DNA of 62,948 bases, filler included, from Octopus bimaculoides (GCF_001194135.2; 6 parts of 5 records of this genome joined end to end with filler, not necessarily neighbours in it); one strand, 5' to 3'; shown: positions 1 through 13,074, numbered from the whole stretch's first letter. Notes: generated by a model not told the origin, from the sequence alone. Numbers and translations: made by a program.

Positions 1-33
<33 letters not shown>

Positions 34-500
34 CATATATATATACATATATACACACATCTATATTTTTATATGCATACACACATGTACATATATATAC
101 ATGTATATGTACATACATATATCTATGTATCTATTTATTTAATTATCTAACTATATCTCCGTGTGTTCATATGTATGTGTATTCTTCCTCACTCACACTT
201 CAATTAATAGTCGCATAGATTCCAGATTAAATCGCTGTATAATTTGTAGTCTTAGATATATCTACAACCTAATCCTAGTAGCGAATTCATTGAATCACAA
301 ATGAATAGATGACAGCCGCTGTGCTGTCTACATTATAAAAAAAAAACGCCTCAGTCCTCGCAATGACCCAGTTATACCACACCTAGCTTAAACATACACA
401 CAGAAATACATACACCCACCCATGTATCCATCCATCCATCCATCCATCCATCCATACATACATACATACATGTATACATACATACATTAACACATTCACG

Positions 501-547
<47 letters not shown>

Positions 548-589
548 GTACTGACTCCAAATACTTCACATATACACAGATACATACAA

Positions 590-705
590 AAATACCCTGT
601 TAATGTTCTTGAAATTCCAGTGAAGGACCGTTGGATCTAAGTTATAAGCTGGCTCTTTTTTCTCTATTAGCAATAAATCTTGAAATAAAACTGATTAATG
701 GCATG
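590..705 (+). mobile_element. 3' UTR remnant of a non-LTR retroelement, homologous to 23620-23720
   Basis: CCCTGTT..TGAAATTCCA..GAAGGA..TTGGATCT..GGCTCTTT..TCTCTATT.GCAA.AAATCTTGAAATAAA matches the 3' end of the REL-type LINE tail at 23300-23720. Further partial copies lie near 860-935 and 36085-36170. Confidence 0.55.
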
Positions 706-1129
706 CATACATACATAGATACATACATACATAGATACATACATACATAGATACATACATACATAGATACATACATACATACATATATGTGCAACCTGTG
801 AGCGGAACAGTAAAAATATGCAAGACTTTTCTCAAGTTCCAAATGTGAATTTGTCTATGTAAACTATACTCTCCAGAGATGGAGCCTTGTATCTTTGTTG
901 GAAACCGGCTCCTTCCTCAGTGGAAGATTTATAATAATTAAAAAAAATAGAAGAGACATACATAAATAAATAACTATTAAGTTATTATTATTTGTGATAT
1001 TTAAATAAATGATATTTAAATAAACCTTTATATATTATATAACGCTAAAAAAAGAATTAATATAAATATCCTGAGTTTGATTAAACATCCAGAGCTAGAT
1101 TAAACATCAGAGATAGATTAAAATTAGTG

Positions 1130-1680
1130 TAACTGCTGAAAGCCTCTGAGTCTTTGGAGGATTACACGAGTATGAGCTTTAATTTAACACCACCAGCAGC
1201 GTTTCCTCACAGAAGAAGCGTCAGGCAATTTTTGGAAGCTTTAAATTCTGGTCTTAATTGTTTTCTGGTCTTAATTGGAAAAATAAAAGTTCTGACAGGT
1301 ATGAGCTTCCAGAAAAGTGAAATTACATCAAAATTATATACTTCCACTGGTATATAGCTCCTTTAGCAATAATGTGTTTTAGCTGCTCAGGATAATTAAT
1401 ATCAGCCTATGTATCAGCACTAGCAACTCCACAAATACCTTTTGTTTTTGTTGCCTAAACTCAAACGTTACTTAAATCTTCCAAACCAGCCTTTCCTAGA
1501 TAGAAAAAGGTTTTTCATTTGACGTTTCACATTTCTTTTCTTCCAACCCGTCATACAAACTTTTGGCTTTATAAGAAGTACTACCCTGTTTATATCGGCA
1601 CATTATGATGAATTGATGAATGTGATGATCGATAATATAAAATGGGACACTCAAGAGCTGTCTCGTTTTGTGCATCACAT
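1130..1680 (-). pseudogene. pogo/Tigger (CENP-B-like) transposase fossil, HTH end plus DDE domain start
   Basis: Minus-strand translation across stops and frameshifts gives KGWFGRFK*RL...GVASADT*ADINYPEQLKHIIAKG...VYNFDVISLFWKLIPVRTF...FKASKNCLTLLL*GNAAGGVKLKLILV. This follows the Tigger pattern GWF..FK.R / GEAASAD / FNADETGLFWK..P.RTF / GFKASKDRLTLLLGGNAAG..KLK. Confidence 0.85.
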
Positions 1681-1687
1681 TAGTGAG

Positions 1688-2010
1688 AAGGGGCGTGGTT
1701 TAGTGGTTAGGGTATTCGGCTCACAATCATAAGGTAGTGAGTTCGATTCTAGGCGGCGAGTTGTGTTCTTGAAAGGGACACTATTTCTTGTTGCCCCAGT
1801 TCACTCAACTGGCAAAAACGAGTTGTACCTGTAATTCAAAGGGTCAGCCATGTCATATTCTGTGTCACACTGAACCTCACCGAAGACTACATTAAGAAAG
1901 CACGTGTCTGTTGAGTATTCAGCCACTTTCACATTAATGTCACGGTTGATCGTATCAACAGGAGCATTTGTCGTCGTAACCTAAGGAGAGCCAAGCCCGG
2001 CCATCACATT
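1688..2010 (+). mobile_element. tRNA-derived SINE inserted into the Tigger fossil
   Basis: A-box-like GGCGTGGTTTAGTGGTTAGG and B-box GAGTTCGATTC, followed by a central domain shared with 17596-17940. Its 3' part matches the reverse complement of 45690-45885. Confidence 0.75.
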
Positions 2011-2029
2011 AAATCAATAAAAAAAAAAA

Positions 2030-2260
2030 GGTCCAAGCAGTTAATAGGTTAACTTCTTGAGCATTTGACTTAACTTTCTCTCTTCTACCAGATATTGCTG
2101 ACACTGTTGACATTGCATTATTCTGGCAATGTGGTTGATTTTTTTTCCTCCCGCATCAAGCCGTTTTAAATCATCAAGTTTAATATCCATTGTAGTCGTT
2201 CACGGTTCTTTGTCGCATCGTTGTTTTCAGTAAAACTGGGTGCTTACTTTCTAGACATTT
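2030..2260 (-). pseudogene. N-terminal CENP-B-type HTH part of the same Tigger transposase
   Basis: Minus strand reads MSRK*APSFTENNDATKNR..TMDIKLDDLKRLDAGGKKINHIAR..MSTVSAI..REKVK with frameshifts. It is collinear with 1130-1680 and separated from it by the SINE. Confidence 0.65.
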
Positions 2261-3284
2261 AGAATTATTGGTGAATCAAAAAGCGGCGAAAATCAACAAT
2301 TATCCGCAACAAATATAGCGTTACAAAATAGCGCCAGGAAAAAGATAGTTTGTGAGAGCAAAAATCTGTTGTCTTGTTCCCTTTGATGTAATTACGGAAC
2401 CGTAAAGATGGAATGTTGAAGCAATGAAATGGGAGGAACTATTGTTTGGTAACAGTTAAGTGAAGGTTCACCAGGTGTGTATGCACTTCACTTCTTGCAC
2501 CTCTGACTTGAGCTATAAATCTTCTACTCACTCACCACTCCATTGTGTTGACATACAACATATGTAGCTCCAAAACTTACCATAATGCTGATGCTATTAT
2601 TGTTGTTGCTAGTTGCTTATTCGAAAGTTGGTGTGTCAGTAGTGGTGTTGGTTGTATTGGTTTTGATGTGAGTAAAGGTGGTAAGGTTGACGGTGGAGTT
2701 ACTGATGGTAATTTCAATGGTCATATTGTTCTTACTAACTGTATTCTTTTTGCTGGTTAGTCTCAAGTCAAACTTCATTGATTTAAGATCAAAGTAATTT
2801 CATCCAGCTTTTAAAATATTTTATGATACCTCATTATCTCGTGTGATTGTCTTTTATTTTAGATGGAGATGCGATGCTTATCTTGGTCATACTATTGTTA
2901 GCATTACTGTTGGTCACGAAAGTATATATAAATATACGTAAATACTCAAACACACACACACACATACAAACACAAACATAGAGAAACAGACACATAAAAT
3001 ATGACTTATTTGTAGGTCAGTATTCTGTTTCAGTTTCTAGATTCTCTTGATCGCAAAACTGAAACTAATTATATTATGTGGTACTTAAAAATGGTTTGGC
3101 TACGAGACCACTCGATTGCGTGTCTAAATAGTCAACGTAGACCTGTGTAAATATATGTGCCTTTATGTCTATGAAGAAATACATAGCATACAAAATATAC
3201 TGGTTTGCAAAACATACTGGTTAGTACTAACATCAATACTTGAATAATTTAGAATAGACATATTAATGTTGCTGCAACTATTTG

Positions 3285-3678
3285 TTTCCAATTTGGCACA
3301 AGGCCTGTAATTTCGGGGAAGTGGATAAATCGATTGCAACAACTTCATTGCTTGACTGGTACTTATGATATCGACCCCAAAAGGATGAAAGGAAAAAAAT
3401 TGACCTCGGCGGAATTTGAACTCAAAACGTAAAAACACGAAATACCGCTAAACATTTTGTCCGGCATGCTAACGATTCTGCCAGCCTGCCGTCTTTTTTT
3501 TGGTACAATGCCATCAAGTTTGGAGGAGGGACAAAGTCAATTAGATCGACCCCAGTGCTCAACAGGCATTATTTTATCGACCCCAAAAGGATAAAAGGCA
3601 AAATCGATCCCTGCGGCATTTGAATACCGCTAAGCATTTTGCCCAGCGTGCTAACGATTTTGCCAGCTCACCACCTTA
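3285..3678 (-). mobile_element. Two head-to-tail copies of the dominant ~220-bp tRNA-derived SINE (family A)
   Basis: Reverse complement of GGCGGCGAGCTGGCAGAATCGTTAGC...GAGTTCAAATTCCGCC...CCTTTCGGGGTCGATAA...GGCCTTGTGCC, at 3285-3493 and 3501-3678. Confidence 0.85.
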
Positions 3679-4162
3679 TGTTATTGCAAATATTAATTGG
3701 TATTTTATACTTTTAATATTTATCAGTGTAGATAAAAAAAAAAGGGAATTTACGCCTCTGATTGACATTTATGATAGTTTGCACCACAATATATATGACA
3801 GTATTATTATACAGAATGAGTTTTACTTTATTTCTTTAGACCGATTCAGTCTCATTTCGTTTCATTCACAGCCTTCCAAAGATTTGCTATGAGAAATAAC
3901 AATGGTTTAAACACCACATAACATTTAATATGTATACATTATTCTTCTCTTACGCTACACTGATGAACACCTGATCTCATGAAATATTAATGTTTGGAGC
4001 AATTTTAATAGTTATTATTTAAATACTCATCATTACAGATTGTGCTGATCACCAGCATAATTGAATGTATAATTGGAAACATATTTGTATTCGTATCTCC
4101 GCACAACTACATAAGTCTATACGAAAAGCTGGTCACAATTTACATACATAATATGCATGTAC

Positions 4163-4208
<46 letters not shown>

Positions 4209-4439
4209 GTATGTATATGTGTGTATATATACTGTATATACATGTGTATGTATATAAATGAATGTATGTATACACACAAACATGTATACATATACATATA
4301 TATATACACACATATACATATATATATATGCATATACATATATATGCGTATTTATATGCATAAATGAGTGTATATACATGTATATATGTATCAATGCTTC
4401 TACCTTACACTTACATACCTAGTAGTAATAGTAGTAGTT

Positions 4440-4497
<58 letters not shown>

Positions 4498-4504
4498 AAG
4501 TAGT

Positions 4505-4700
4505 AGTAGAAATAATTTGGAGCATGTGAACAGTAAATGTCGTGCCTATAATAGTTGGTGCGTTGGAAACAGTAAGCGAACATATAGATAAATGATTGAA
4601 GGAGATTGAAATAGAATGCTCGGTATAGCTCCTACGGAAAGTTTGTCTATTAAGAACTGCAAGGATTATCAGGAGGGTTCTAAGCACTTGAAAGAATGCT
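4505..4700 (+). mobile_element. 3' end of an R4/Dong-like (REL endonuclease) non-LTR retrotransposon, truncated, abutting (TAG)n
   Basis: Translates EIIWSM*TVNVVPIIVGALETVSEHIDK*LKEIEIECSV*LLRKVCLLRTARIIRRVLST*, the typical C-terminus PIIVGALG...LQK.CLLGTARIIR.VL. Confidence 0.75.
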
Positions 4701-5281
4701 GAAGACTTGTAGATACGTAAATTACAGGTACTAACCCGCTACCTGTATAAATCCTATCAGGAATAAGACCGAACCTGAGTCAAACCAAAATAATATTGAT
4801 TGAAATTGTTATCATGTAAACGTTTTGTTTTGGTATAAAAGACGGGCTGCAGCAAATATTCTGCTTAATACCACAGATTTGCTTGTCAATTGTTTGACCT
4901 TAACCCTTCGTGGCTGACGATAGGTGTATCTCTGATCATGAGTAGTGGGAGAGCATCGTAGTCATGTGTTGAGAGGAACTATATGGGGTTTGAATAATTC
5001 ATCTTTGGAAACATGGGTGTTTTGCTCAACATCCTTAAACAAACCTTATTCAGGGACCTTTTGAAAGGGATGGGCTACGCGACCTGAAGAAAATTCTAAC
5101 TGGGCCCCACCTGCGAGGTCATGGGCTGTTTATCTTGATATGAGATAACCATGTCGCGCACATATGGTTGTGATGCATGTGCCTGGTATACCCTTATCAG
5201 ACGGGTAGTCATGATGGGTATACTGGGCTTCGTATATTTTACTCCAGTGTCACTTTGATGGCATGCACTGCTCTCTTACTC

Positions 5282-5313
<32 letters not shown>

Positions 5314-5328
5314 TATCATTATTATTAT

Positions 5329-5678
<350 letters not shown>

Positions 5679-6313
5679 AGCAGAAGCTGTGCAAAGACAA
5701 TAAATAATAATAATAATTGGAGAGGAAGCAGTAAGGGACTTTTGTCAACTTATTGACTGCTCCCTAATTGAAATATCCGGATAGTTTAACATCTGTCAGA
5801 GACTTAGAAAAATGAAACATAATAATATTAGCAACAATAACAACCCTTTCTCCTAACGACACAAGGCTTGAAATTAGGTGGGAGGAGGTAAAGCGAACTC
5901 ATCGACCTTTGTACTTGAGTGGTACTTTATTTTATCGACCCCAAAAGGATGAAAGTCAAAGATGATGGCACAAGTCTAGCTATTTTTAAGGCGAGGAGGT
6001 TAGCTTATACCATAGCCTCCATTTTTTAATCTGGTACTTTATTTACCGACCGAGTTTCATAAAATGAAAAGTTGACTACCAGTTTTGCTAATTTTTACTA
6101 TGTGTGCTTTGACTGGAGTTTCTCGGAATGTGAACGATTCACGTGGTATTTAATAATCGATGAGATATTGTAACCCTGACTCTCTCTTGGATAATGTATA
6201 ATTTCAATACAATACTAAAGGCTGCCATTTGAAGAAGCGTAGAAATACTAAATTTTGGTAACAAATATATGTACACATACATTCATATATACATATGCAT
6301 ACTCATACACACG

Positions 6314-6350
<37 letters not shown>

Positions 6351-6855
6351 NNNNNNNNNNNNNNNNNNNNNNNNNNNNNNNNNNNNNNNNNNNNNNNNNN
6401 NNNNNNNNNNNNNNNNNNNNNNNNNNNNNNNNNNNNNNNNNNNNNNNNNNNNNNNNNNNNNNNNNNNNNNNNNNNNNNNNNNNNNNNNNNNNNNNNNNNN
6501 NNNNNNNNNNNNNNNNNNNNNNNNNNNNNNNNNNNNNNNNNNNNNNNNNNNNNNNNNNNNNNNNNNNNNNNNNNNNNNNNNNNNNNNNNNNNNNNNNNNN
6601 NNNNNNNNNNNNNNNNNNNNNNNNNNNNNNNNNNNNNNNNNNNNNNNNNNNNNNNNNNNNNNNNNNNNNNNNNNNNNNNNNNNNNNNNNNNNNNNNNNNN
6701 NNNNNNNNNNNNNNNNNNNNNNNNNNNNNNNNNNNNNNNNNNNNNNNNNNNNNNNNNNNNNNNNNNNNNNNNNNNNNNNNNNNNNNNNNNNNNNNNNNNN
6801 NNNNNNNNNNNNNNNNNNNNNNNNNNNNNNNNNNNNNNNNNNNNNNNNNNNNNNN

Positions 6856-7345
6856 GAATTGGGCAGGGGACGTATTGCCTGTGGTCCCAGCCTTGGATGA
6901 ACCTTGAAACTAATGTTCAGGTCGTTTGGGCAATGCTAGCGGTATATTTTCCACATCGTACAAATGATGTACCGCTCGCGGCGGCGCTGGAGAGAGTAGA
7001 GTTTCAAGGCTTTAAGGCGGTCCCAGTAATCGAGATCAGTCATGCCTTCAATTCGTTTAGTGAATGTCCTCTGCAGTGATTCAATTTTCGAGATGTTTTG
7101 TTTTGTATGGGAAGACCACAAGGGGCAGCAGTATTCGAGGTGTGGACGTACAAAGGAGAAAAGAGGAATGGTGACACCTTGTTTTTTGGACCGGAAGGTT
7201 CTTAAGATCCAGGAGCTCATCCTACGAGCTATATCAACCTTATTTTTGATGTGGACACTCCAACTGAGGTTGTTGTCAACAATTACACCCAGATCTCTGG
7301 TATTGTTGGATGATTTGGTGGAGCTTAGTGTTATCAGCAAATATT
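6856..7345 (-). mobile_element. CR1/L2-like (Jockey group) LINE fragment, RT C-terminal region
   Basis: ORF 6936-7340: RDLGVIVDNNLSWSVHI...ILRTF...VRPHLEYCCPLWS...IESLQRTFTKRIEGMTDLDYWDRLKALKLYSLQRRRERY. The fragment is cut by an assembly gap. Confidence 0.9.
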
Positions 7346-7384
7346 TTTACTTTGCAGTGATTTACGACGCTGGAAAGGTCGTTT

Positions 7385-7519
7385 ATATAAATTATCGACC
7401 CCGAAAGGATGAAAGGCAAAGTCGTCCTTGGAGGAATTTGAACTCAGAACGTAAAGACAGACGAAATACCACTAAGCATTTTGCCCGGCATGCTAACGAT
7501 TCTGCCAGCTCGCCGCCTT
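7385..7519 (-). mobile_element. SINE family A, 5' half
   Basis: TCGACCCCGAAAGGATGAAAGGC...GCTAACGATTCTGCCAGCTCGCCGCC. Confidence 0.85.
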
Positions 7520-7761
7520 ATGTATTATATTATATATATATANNNNNNNNNNNNNNNNNNNNNNNNNNNNNNNNNNNNNNNNNNNNNNNNNNNNNNNNNN
7601 NNNNNNNNNNNNNNNNNNNNNNNNNNNNNNNNNNNNNNNNNNNNNNNNNNNNNNNNNNNNNNNNNNNNNNNNNNNNNNNNNNNNNNNNNNNNNNNNNNNN
7701 NNNNNNNNNNNNNNNNNNNNNNNNNNNNNNNNNNNNNNNNNNNNNNNNNNNNNNNNNNNNN

Positions 7762-7802
<41 letters not shown>

Positions 7803-8367
7803 ATAGTGCAAGTGGTGTATTTCTTAGTAAAATCAATATGAAATACATTATAAAAACTAACTGGAAATACAGGCTTGGAATTCTCAATTGAACAGCTGGC
7901 TCCTTCTGTATAGTTGTTAATTGAATCATTGACACAAACGACAATTTTCTTTTCAGACTTTCGCTTGTTCGCACTAAGGAAATTCAACTACGATAAATAT
8001 ATCTTAAATCTAATGGCATTGATCAGTGGTTTGTAGGCATTTTAAACTAGTAATCTATTTCAATATAATGTATTTCAATAAACATGTTTTATTTCAAGAA
8101 AGTGATGGCGTAAACAAGTTATTGTGATAAATACACAACTAAAATGGCGGATCTAAAAATTATGTGAAACTGAAATATTTAACCCGACAAAATTGAGGTA
8201 AAAGACCATCTCACTTGATACCTTAGCTTGTAGAACCCCAGAATATTTACACGTAATTCTGGGGTTATTCTGAATATAGTTTGTCGAAAGACTGATCTAG
8301 AGGCAACAGACAAAACTGGGCTAGTCTTAGCAGCATTATACTCCCACCTCAACGCATACCACTTGTC

Positions 8368-8660
8368 CAGAGTATTTATTTATTGACAGCAAGCCACAAC
8401 TCACATAAGTCAGAATTGCGCTCTTTGACCTGTTAAGCTCGCATACAAATTAATGCACTGGGCACTATAATATTTATTTCTGACAGCAAAGTACCACATA
8501 CATAGGTACTAATTGGGTCCCTAGATCCATGTGGCCCTCAAGCAAATCAATACATCGAGCCCTTTAATATTTATTTCTTGACAGCATGCTACAACATACA
8601 TAGATCAGAATTGAGCTCTTAGACGCTCGTGCCATTGCCAGTTTGTCCATGCCTGAGTAT
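8368..8660. repeat. Degenerate ~97-bp tandem repeat, about 3 units
   Basis: (A/G)TATTTATTT..TGACAGCA..C.AC.ACATA...AATTG.G.TC.T.GA recurs near 8372, 8470 and 8567. Confidence 0.7.
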
Positions 8661-9677
8661 AACAACTGTCGCATTCTAACTTGTTCGCCTCTGCTGCGAG
8701 TATTAGAAACTACATGCATGCAAAAACGAAATGGTGATGGAAAAATTGTAAAATGATCTGGGTACAATACTGCTTCTCATGCGATACATTAATGTATCTT
8801 GGAGTACGCTTACAACACTGGTTCAGTACACTTATAACACTGATTTAGTGGTTTACACATAGTAGTATGACCACCATTCCCAACGTGTTATAATTCTGCT
8901 CAATCAAAAGCCGACCTCGGGTTCTAACAATTTGTTCATTCAGAACAGCTCAATTTTCTTAATTTGGCTTAAATAATTGTAGTTCGGTCATACTAGGGCC
9001 GTAACGCGATTTGTACAAAAAAAAAAAGAAGGAAATACTGTAAATGAATTATTTCTTCCCCTAGTACAAGGTCTTCTTGGGCTTAGATCTCACGACTGCT
9101 GGTTTAAAATAACTTAAATAGCTTTAGCCACTGCGCTACTGAGGACACAACATAACAGTCTACGAGGAATGAAACATTAAGCAGTATTGACATAATAGTC
9201 CAGTGCTTTAAAGCAAGCCAGAAACATGATAAAATTTTCAGATCGAGGGAAAAGTCGTTTTTATTTTGCTTATATCATCATTGCCTTCAGCACTTTCTAT
9301 TTTCGCTTCTCGTACCATGCGAGGTATTTCTGCTAAGTGAAAACATATGTAATAAATAAACACATGTACATGTGGTTAAGCGCTGGAGAGTAAGAGACAA
9401 GATTAAGTGGTAGAAGTAAACGTTACATGATTTTGAATGTATTTTTTTTCATTTGATTCAGACTGCTTATACCTGTTATATCAGTGATGAGGAATATTAG
9501 GCACACTACGTTATCAGTGATTCCCTGTGAGATTTTTGACGATAGTGGTCGGGGTTGAAAAAGAAAATCTCCCTCTATCATATCATAAAAAATATATATA
9601 TATATATATAGAAACATTTACTGAAAACTAAAATGCATATACACATATAAGTAACACTCCAATAGTAAATTTTACTA

Positions 9678-9895
9678 AAGGCGGCGAGCTGGCAGCAACG
9701 TTAGCACCCCGGGTGAAATGTTTATCGGTATTTCGTCTATCTTTACGTTCTGAGTTCAAATCCGCCGGGGTCGACTTTGCCTTTCAGCCTATCGAGGTCG
9801 ATAAAGTAAGTATCAGTTCTGTACTGGAGTCGAGCTAATCGGCTGGCCCTTCCCCCAGAATTTCGGGCCTTATTGCTTCAGTAGAAAAGAATATT
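9678..9895 (+). mobile_element. SINE family A, full copy
   Basis: AAGGCGGCGAGCTGGCAG...GAGTTCAAATCCGCC...GGGCCTT..AGTAGAAAAGAATATT. Confidence 0.9.
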
Positions 9896-10010
9896 GTAGC
9901 TATTTGCTTATATTCTTTTACTTGTTTCAGTCACTTGACTGCGGCCATCTGGCACGACGCCTTTTAATCGGAGAAATCGACTCCAGGACTTATTCTTTGT
10001 AACCCGGTCT

Positions 10011-10054
<44 letters not shown>

Positions 10055-10069
10055 TTATGTATGTATGTA

Positions 10070-10325
10070 AGGGTAAAGACCCTCTTCAGTCACGAATGAC
10101 CATGGGGTTGCACTTAGAAAGTGCCTCTCCCAGGCACAAATCGGGGTAAGCTTGTTTATGAAAAACTAACAGTCACCCACCCATACCAGTCTCACCTCTC
10201 CGTGCCACCGATGAAGGGCAAAGGGGCCGATACAGCTTGGCACCTGTGACGTCGCAACTCATTTCTACAGCTGAGTGGACTGGAGCAACGTTAAATAAAG
10301 TGTCTTGCTCAAGAACACAACACAA
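10070..10325 (-). mobile_element. tRNA-derived SINE (family D), lacking its head
   Basis: Reverse complement of 17680-17940. Confidence 0.85.
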
Positions 10326-11119
10326 ATTTTGGCACAAAGCCTGCAAGTTCGGTGCAAGCGGTAAGTCGATTACATCGATCCCCAGTACTCAACTGGTATT
10401 TATTTTATCGAACCCCGAAAGAAAGCAAGATCGTGCTCGGTGGGTGAAATTTGAACACAGAACGTAAAGACGACAAGCTAATGATTCTACTAGTTCGCCA
10501 CCCCATATATATGTACATATTGATTTCAAATTTTAGCACAAAGCCAGCAGTTTCGAGGAAGGGGATAAATCGATTACAACAACCCCAGTGTTCAACTGTT
10601 ACTTGTTTTATCGACCCGGAATGGATGAAAAGCCAAGTTGACGTCGGTGAGTGGAATTAGAACTCTGAACGTAAAGACGGACGAAATGCCGCTAAGCGTA
10701 GGCATGGCAACGATTCTGCAAGTTCACCATCTTATATATATATGCATATCTTAATGCCTGTTTTTATACTAGTTTGAATATAAAACAATTTATATTAAAC
10801 TGAAAGAGTATTCAATACGTTTAAGTTGAGTAAATGTTTATTCAACTTTTACAAGCAGGTTGACAGTGACTCCGAAATTTTGACTTACTCGCTTTTGTGA
10901 AATAATCCTTTCTACTATAGGTACAAGGCCAGAAATTTTGTGGGGAGGGGCCAGCCGATTAGATGGATCCTAGTACACAACTGGTACTTAATTTATGGAC
11001 CTCAAAAGGATAAAAGGCAAAGCTGACCTCGAAGGAATTTGAACTCATAACGTAATGACAGACGAAATACTGGTAAGCATTTCACCCGGAATGCTAACGA
11101 TTCTGCCAGCTCGCCGCCT
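10325..11119 (-). mobile_element. Three family A SINE copies
   Basis: Copies at ~10325-10502, 10524-10732 and 10901-11119, all on the minus strand. Confidence 0.85.
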
Positions 11120-11711
11120 CGTTTTCACCGAATAATGAAAATGCATATGGTAAACCAATTCTGCTATTCCGTACACCATGCGTACTATCTGACCCGGTTT
11201 AAGTTCGATTTTGGATCAATAAATGATTTCTTGATTCAGCACCTAGCATATTTATTTGGTTTAGATTCAATTATTTCATTTTGCTTGCTAACATAGAATA
11301 TAAATAGGGGTACGTTTCGATTTGTACCCACCGCCCATTTTGTTACATCATTGCTAGAAATGTTTGATTCAATATTAACTGAAAACCTTGATGAAAAGAA
11401 AACAAAAGCATTTTTTTTTCTCTCTTTATATATGGTCAATATTTGAAAGCGTTTTGTTATCAGCCTGTTAAAGCTTAGTAACATCTGAAAGGAATTATGT
11501 ACCCGACTACCCGACTACTTGAGTTGTTGAGTGTGAGTGTTTGTGTTTGGGCTTGTGTTTATGAATAAATATCCATTGTATTTTGTTCTTAGTGTAACTG
11601 GCTGACTTCGATTATTGACTAGCTGTCCCAGCATACGTCAGGCTGTGTAGAGAGGAGATGCGTTCTTAATTAAAATGCAAGAAAAAAAAAAGTGCTGAAA
11701 ATGAATAAATA

Positions 11712-11870
11712 GGCGCAGTCATGGCCGTATGGCGAAGAAGATGGCTTTGCGACCACGTGCTTTCAGGTTCAGTCTCCCTCTAAGGTAATTGTCTTCTTTA
11801 GCCCCAACCTACCAATGCCTTCTGGATGAAATTGGTTGAAATAAACAGTGTGGAAGACCGCCGTGTATAT
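11712..11870 (+). mobile_element. Degenerate head of tRNA-derived SINE family B
   Basis: Similar to 57708-57875 (GGC.G...GG..AG..G...GC..ACCAC.TG...GGTTCAGTC) and followed by (TA)n. Confidence 0.55.
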
Positions 11871-11986
11871 ATATATATATATATATATAGGGGGGGGGGA
11901 AGAATTCACGAAAAAAACAAAAGACGAAGGCAGGTTGTGTAGAAAACAAACAGATGTATTAGTATAACGCTCGGGATGTGAAAATT

Positions 11987-12022
11987 CTTTAACGTTTCGA
12001 GCCTACGCTCTTCCACAGAAAG
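11987..12022 (-). ncRNA. Degenerate minimal type I hammerhead-like motif in a Penelope-type terminal repeat
   Basis: Minus strand CUUU-CUGUGGA-A-GAGC-GUAG-GCUC-GAA-ACGU-U-AAAG. Helix II has 4 bp, helix I is CUUU/AAAG and stem III is palindromic. Core position A6 is U, so it is possibly inactive. Confidence 0.5.
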
Positions 12023-12673
12023 GAACACGGAAAGAATGAAAGCAAGAGAAGGAGAGAGAGCGAGAGAGAGTATATATACACGGGTATATAAAAAACTTAC
12101 TTGTTCATACAAATTCGGAGTGTATTGCGTTCCATTACATGATAAATAAAAAAATGTTGAAAGTTTCCACTTTTTGCTTCCTTTAGTTTTGCATGTAAAC
12201 ATATATACATATTTTATATTTGATATACTTAATATATTTAATATATTTGATGTCCCTAATTTACTTATCCCAATAATTCCTTTTATACCCGCTCAACCTG
12301 ACCCCTCTTATAGCCTTTCTTTACCTTGTGGAATGATCCCTTGCTAAGACATCGGAGTGTATAAATTTGAATATTTTGAGTACAAGTATTTTCTATACAG
12401 AGAATATCTCGGTCTCATCTGTGAACTATGTAAGTCTGTCTGTCTGTCTGTCTGTCTGTATGTAATCTCTCTCTCTCTCTTTATATATATTATATTAAAT
12501 CTCTGAGAGAGATATAAACAGTAGGGATATGTAATCGTAACATATATTTGCCAACTAAGTTGGCGTCCTATACAGGACAGTGCTACTGTTGTTTATAGCC
12601 CCAGGAAGACACACAGTCTGTGTCCGATTAGTATTTGCTAGAAGAGGTCATCGCTCCCATCTCCTTACGTGAT

Positions 12674-12720
12674 ACACACGGACTCGAGTTTCTGGGTGAC
12701 TACCTGTCCTCAGCGTGTGT
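12674..12720 (-). ncRNA. Type I hammerhead ribozyme with palindromic stem III
   Basis: Minus strand ACACACG-CUGAGGA-CAGGU-AGUC-ACCCA-GAA-ACUCGAGU-C-CGUGUGU. Helix I is 7 bp, CUGANGA and GAAA are intact, stem III is the palindrome ACUCGAGU and the site is GUC. Helix II has only 3 Watson-Crick pairs in this copy. Confidence 0.75.
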
Positions 12721-13074
12721 TAATCACTAGCGAGTGATGAAAGGTCATTCTACTCGCAAGTTACTATATACTTTTCTAGCGATGGGTGCGATGACCTCCC
12801 CTCGGAAATACTAACCGGACACAGACTGTGTGTCGTTAGCCACCTGGAGGAGATGTTTTCCTGGGGCTATAAACAACAGTAGCATTGTCCTGTATAGGAC
12901 GCCACATTTAGTTGACAAATATATGTTACGATTCCGTACCGCTACCGTTTGTATCTCGCTCAGAGATTTAATATAACATATTTCTCACTTTTACGAGATC
13001 AGCGACAGTGAGTTGCTAGAAAAGTATATAGTCATTTGCGAGTGGAATGAGCTTTCACCATTAAATAGTGATTA

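Noticed and set aside
2581-2760. Minus-strand donor at 2580 with an upstream Thr/Pro-rich frame
   Set aside because: It looks like a decayed trinucleotide repeat with no clear acceptor.
6255-7079. Long ORFs spanning N gaps (also 26943-28160, 38812-39639, 40011-41286 and others)
   Set aside because: Their length comes from Ns and (CA)n or (TA)n repeats, not coding sequence.
8368-8660. CRISPR-like repeat-spacer appearance
   Set aside because: The apparent spacers are homologous to each other, the repeats are highly diverged, the context is eukaryotic and there are no cas genes.
11618-11645. Minus-strand hairpin plus CTAG as a Helitron end
   Set aside because: The stem is only 4 bp and there is no supporting body.
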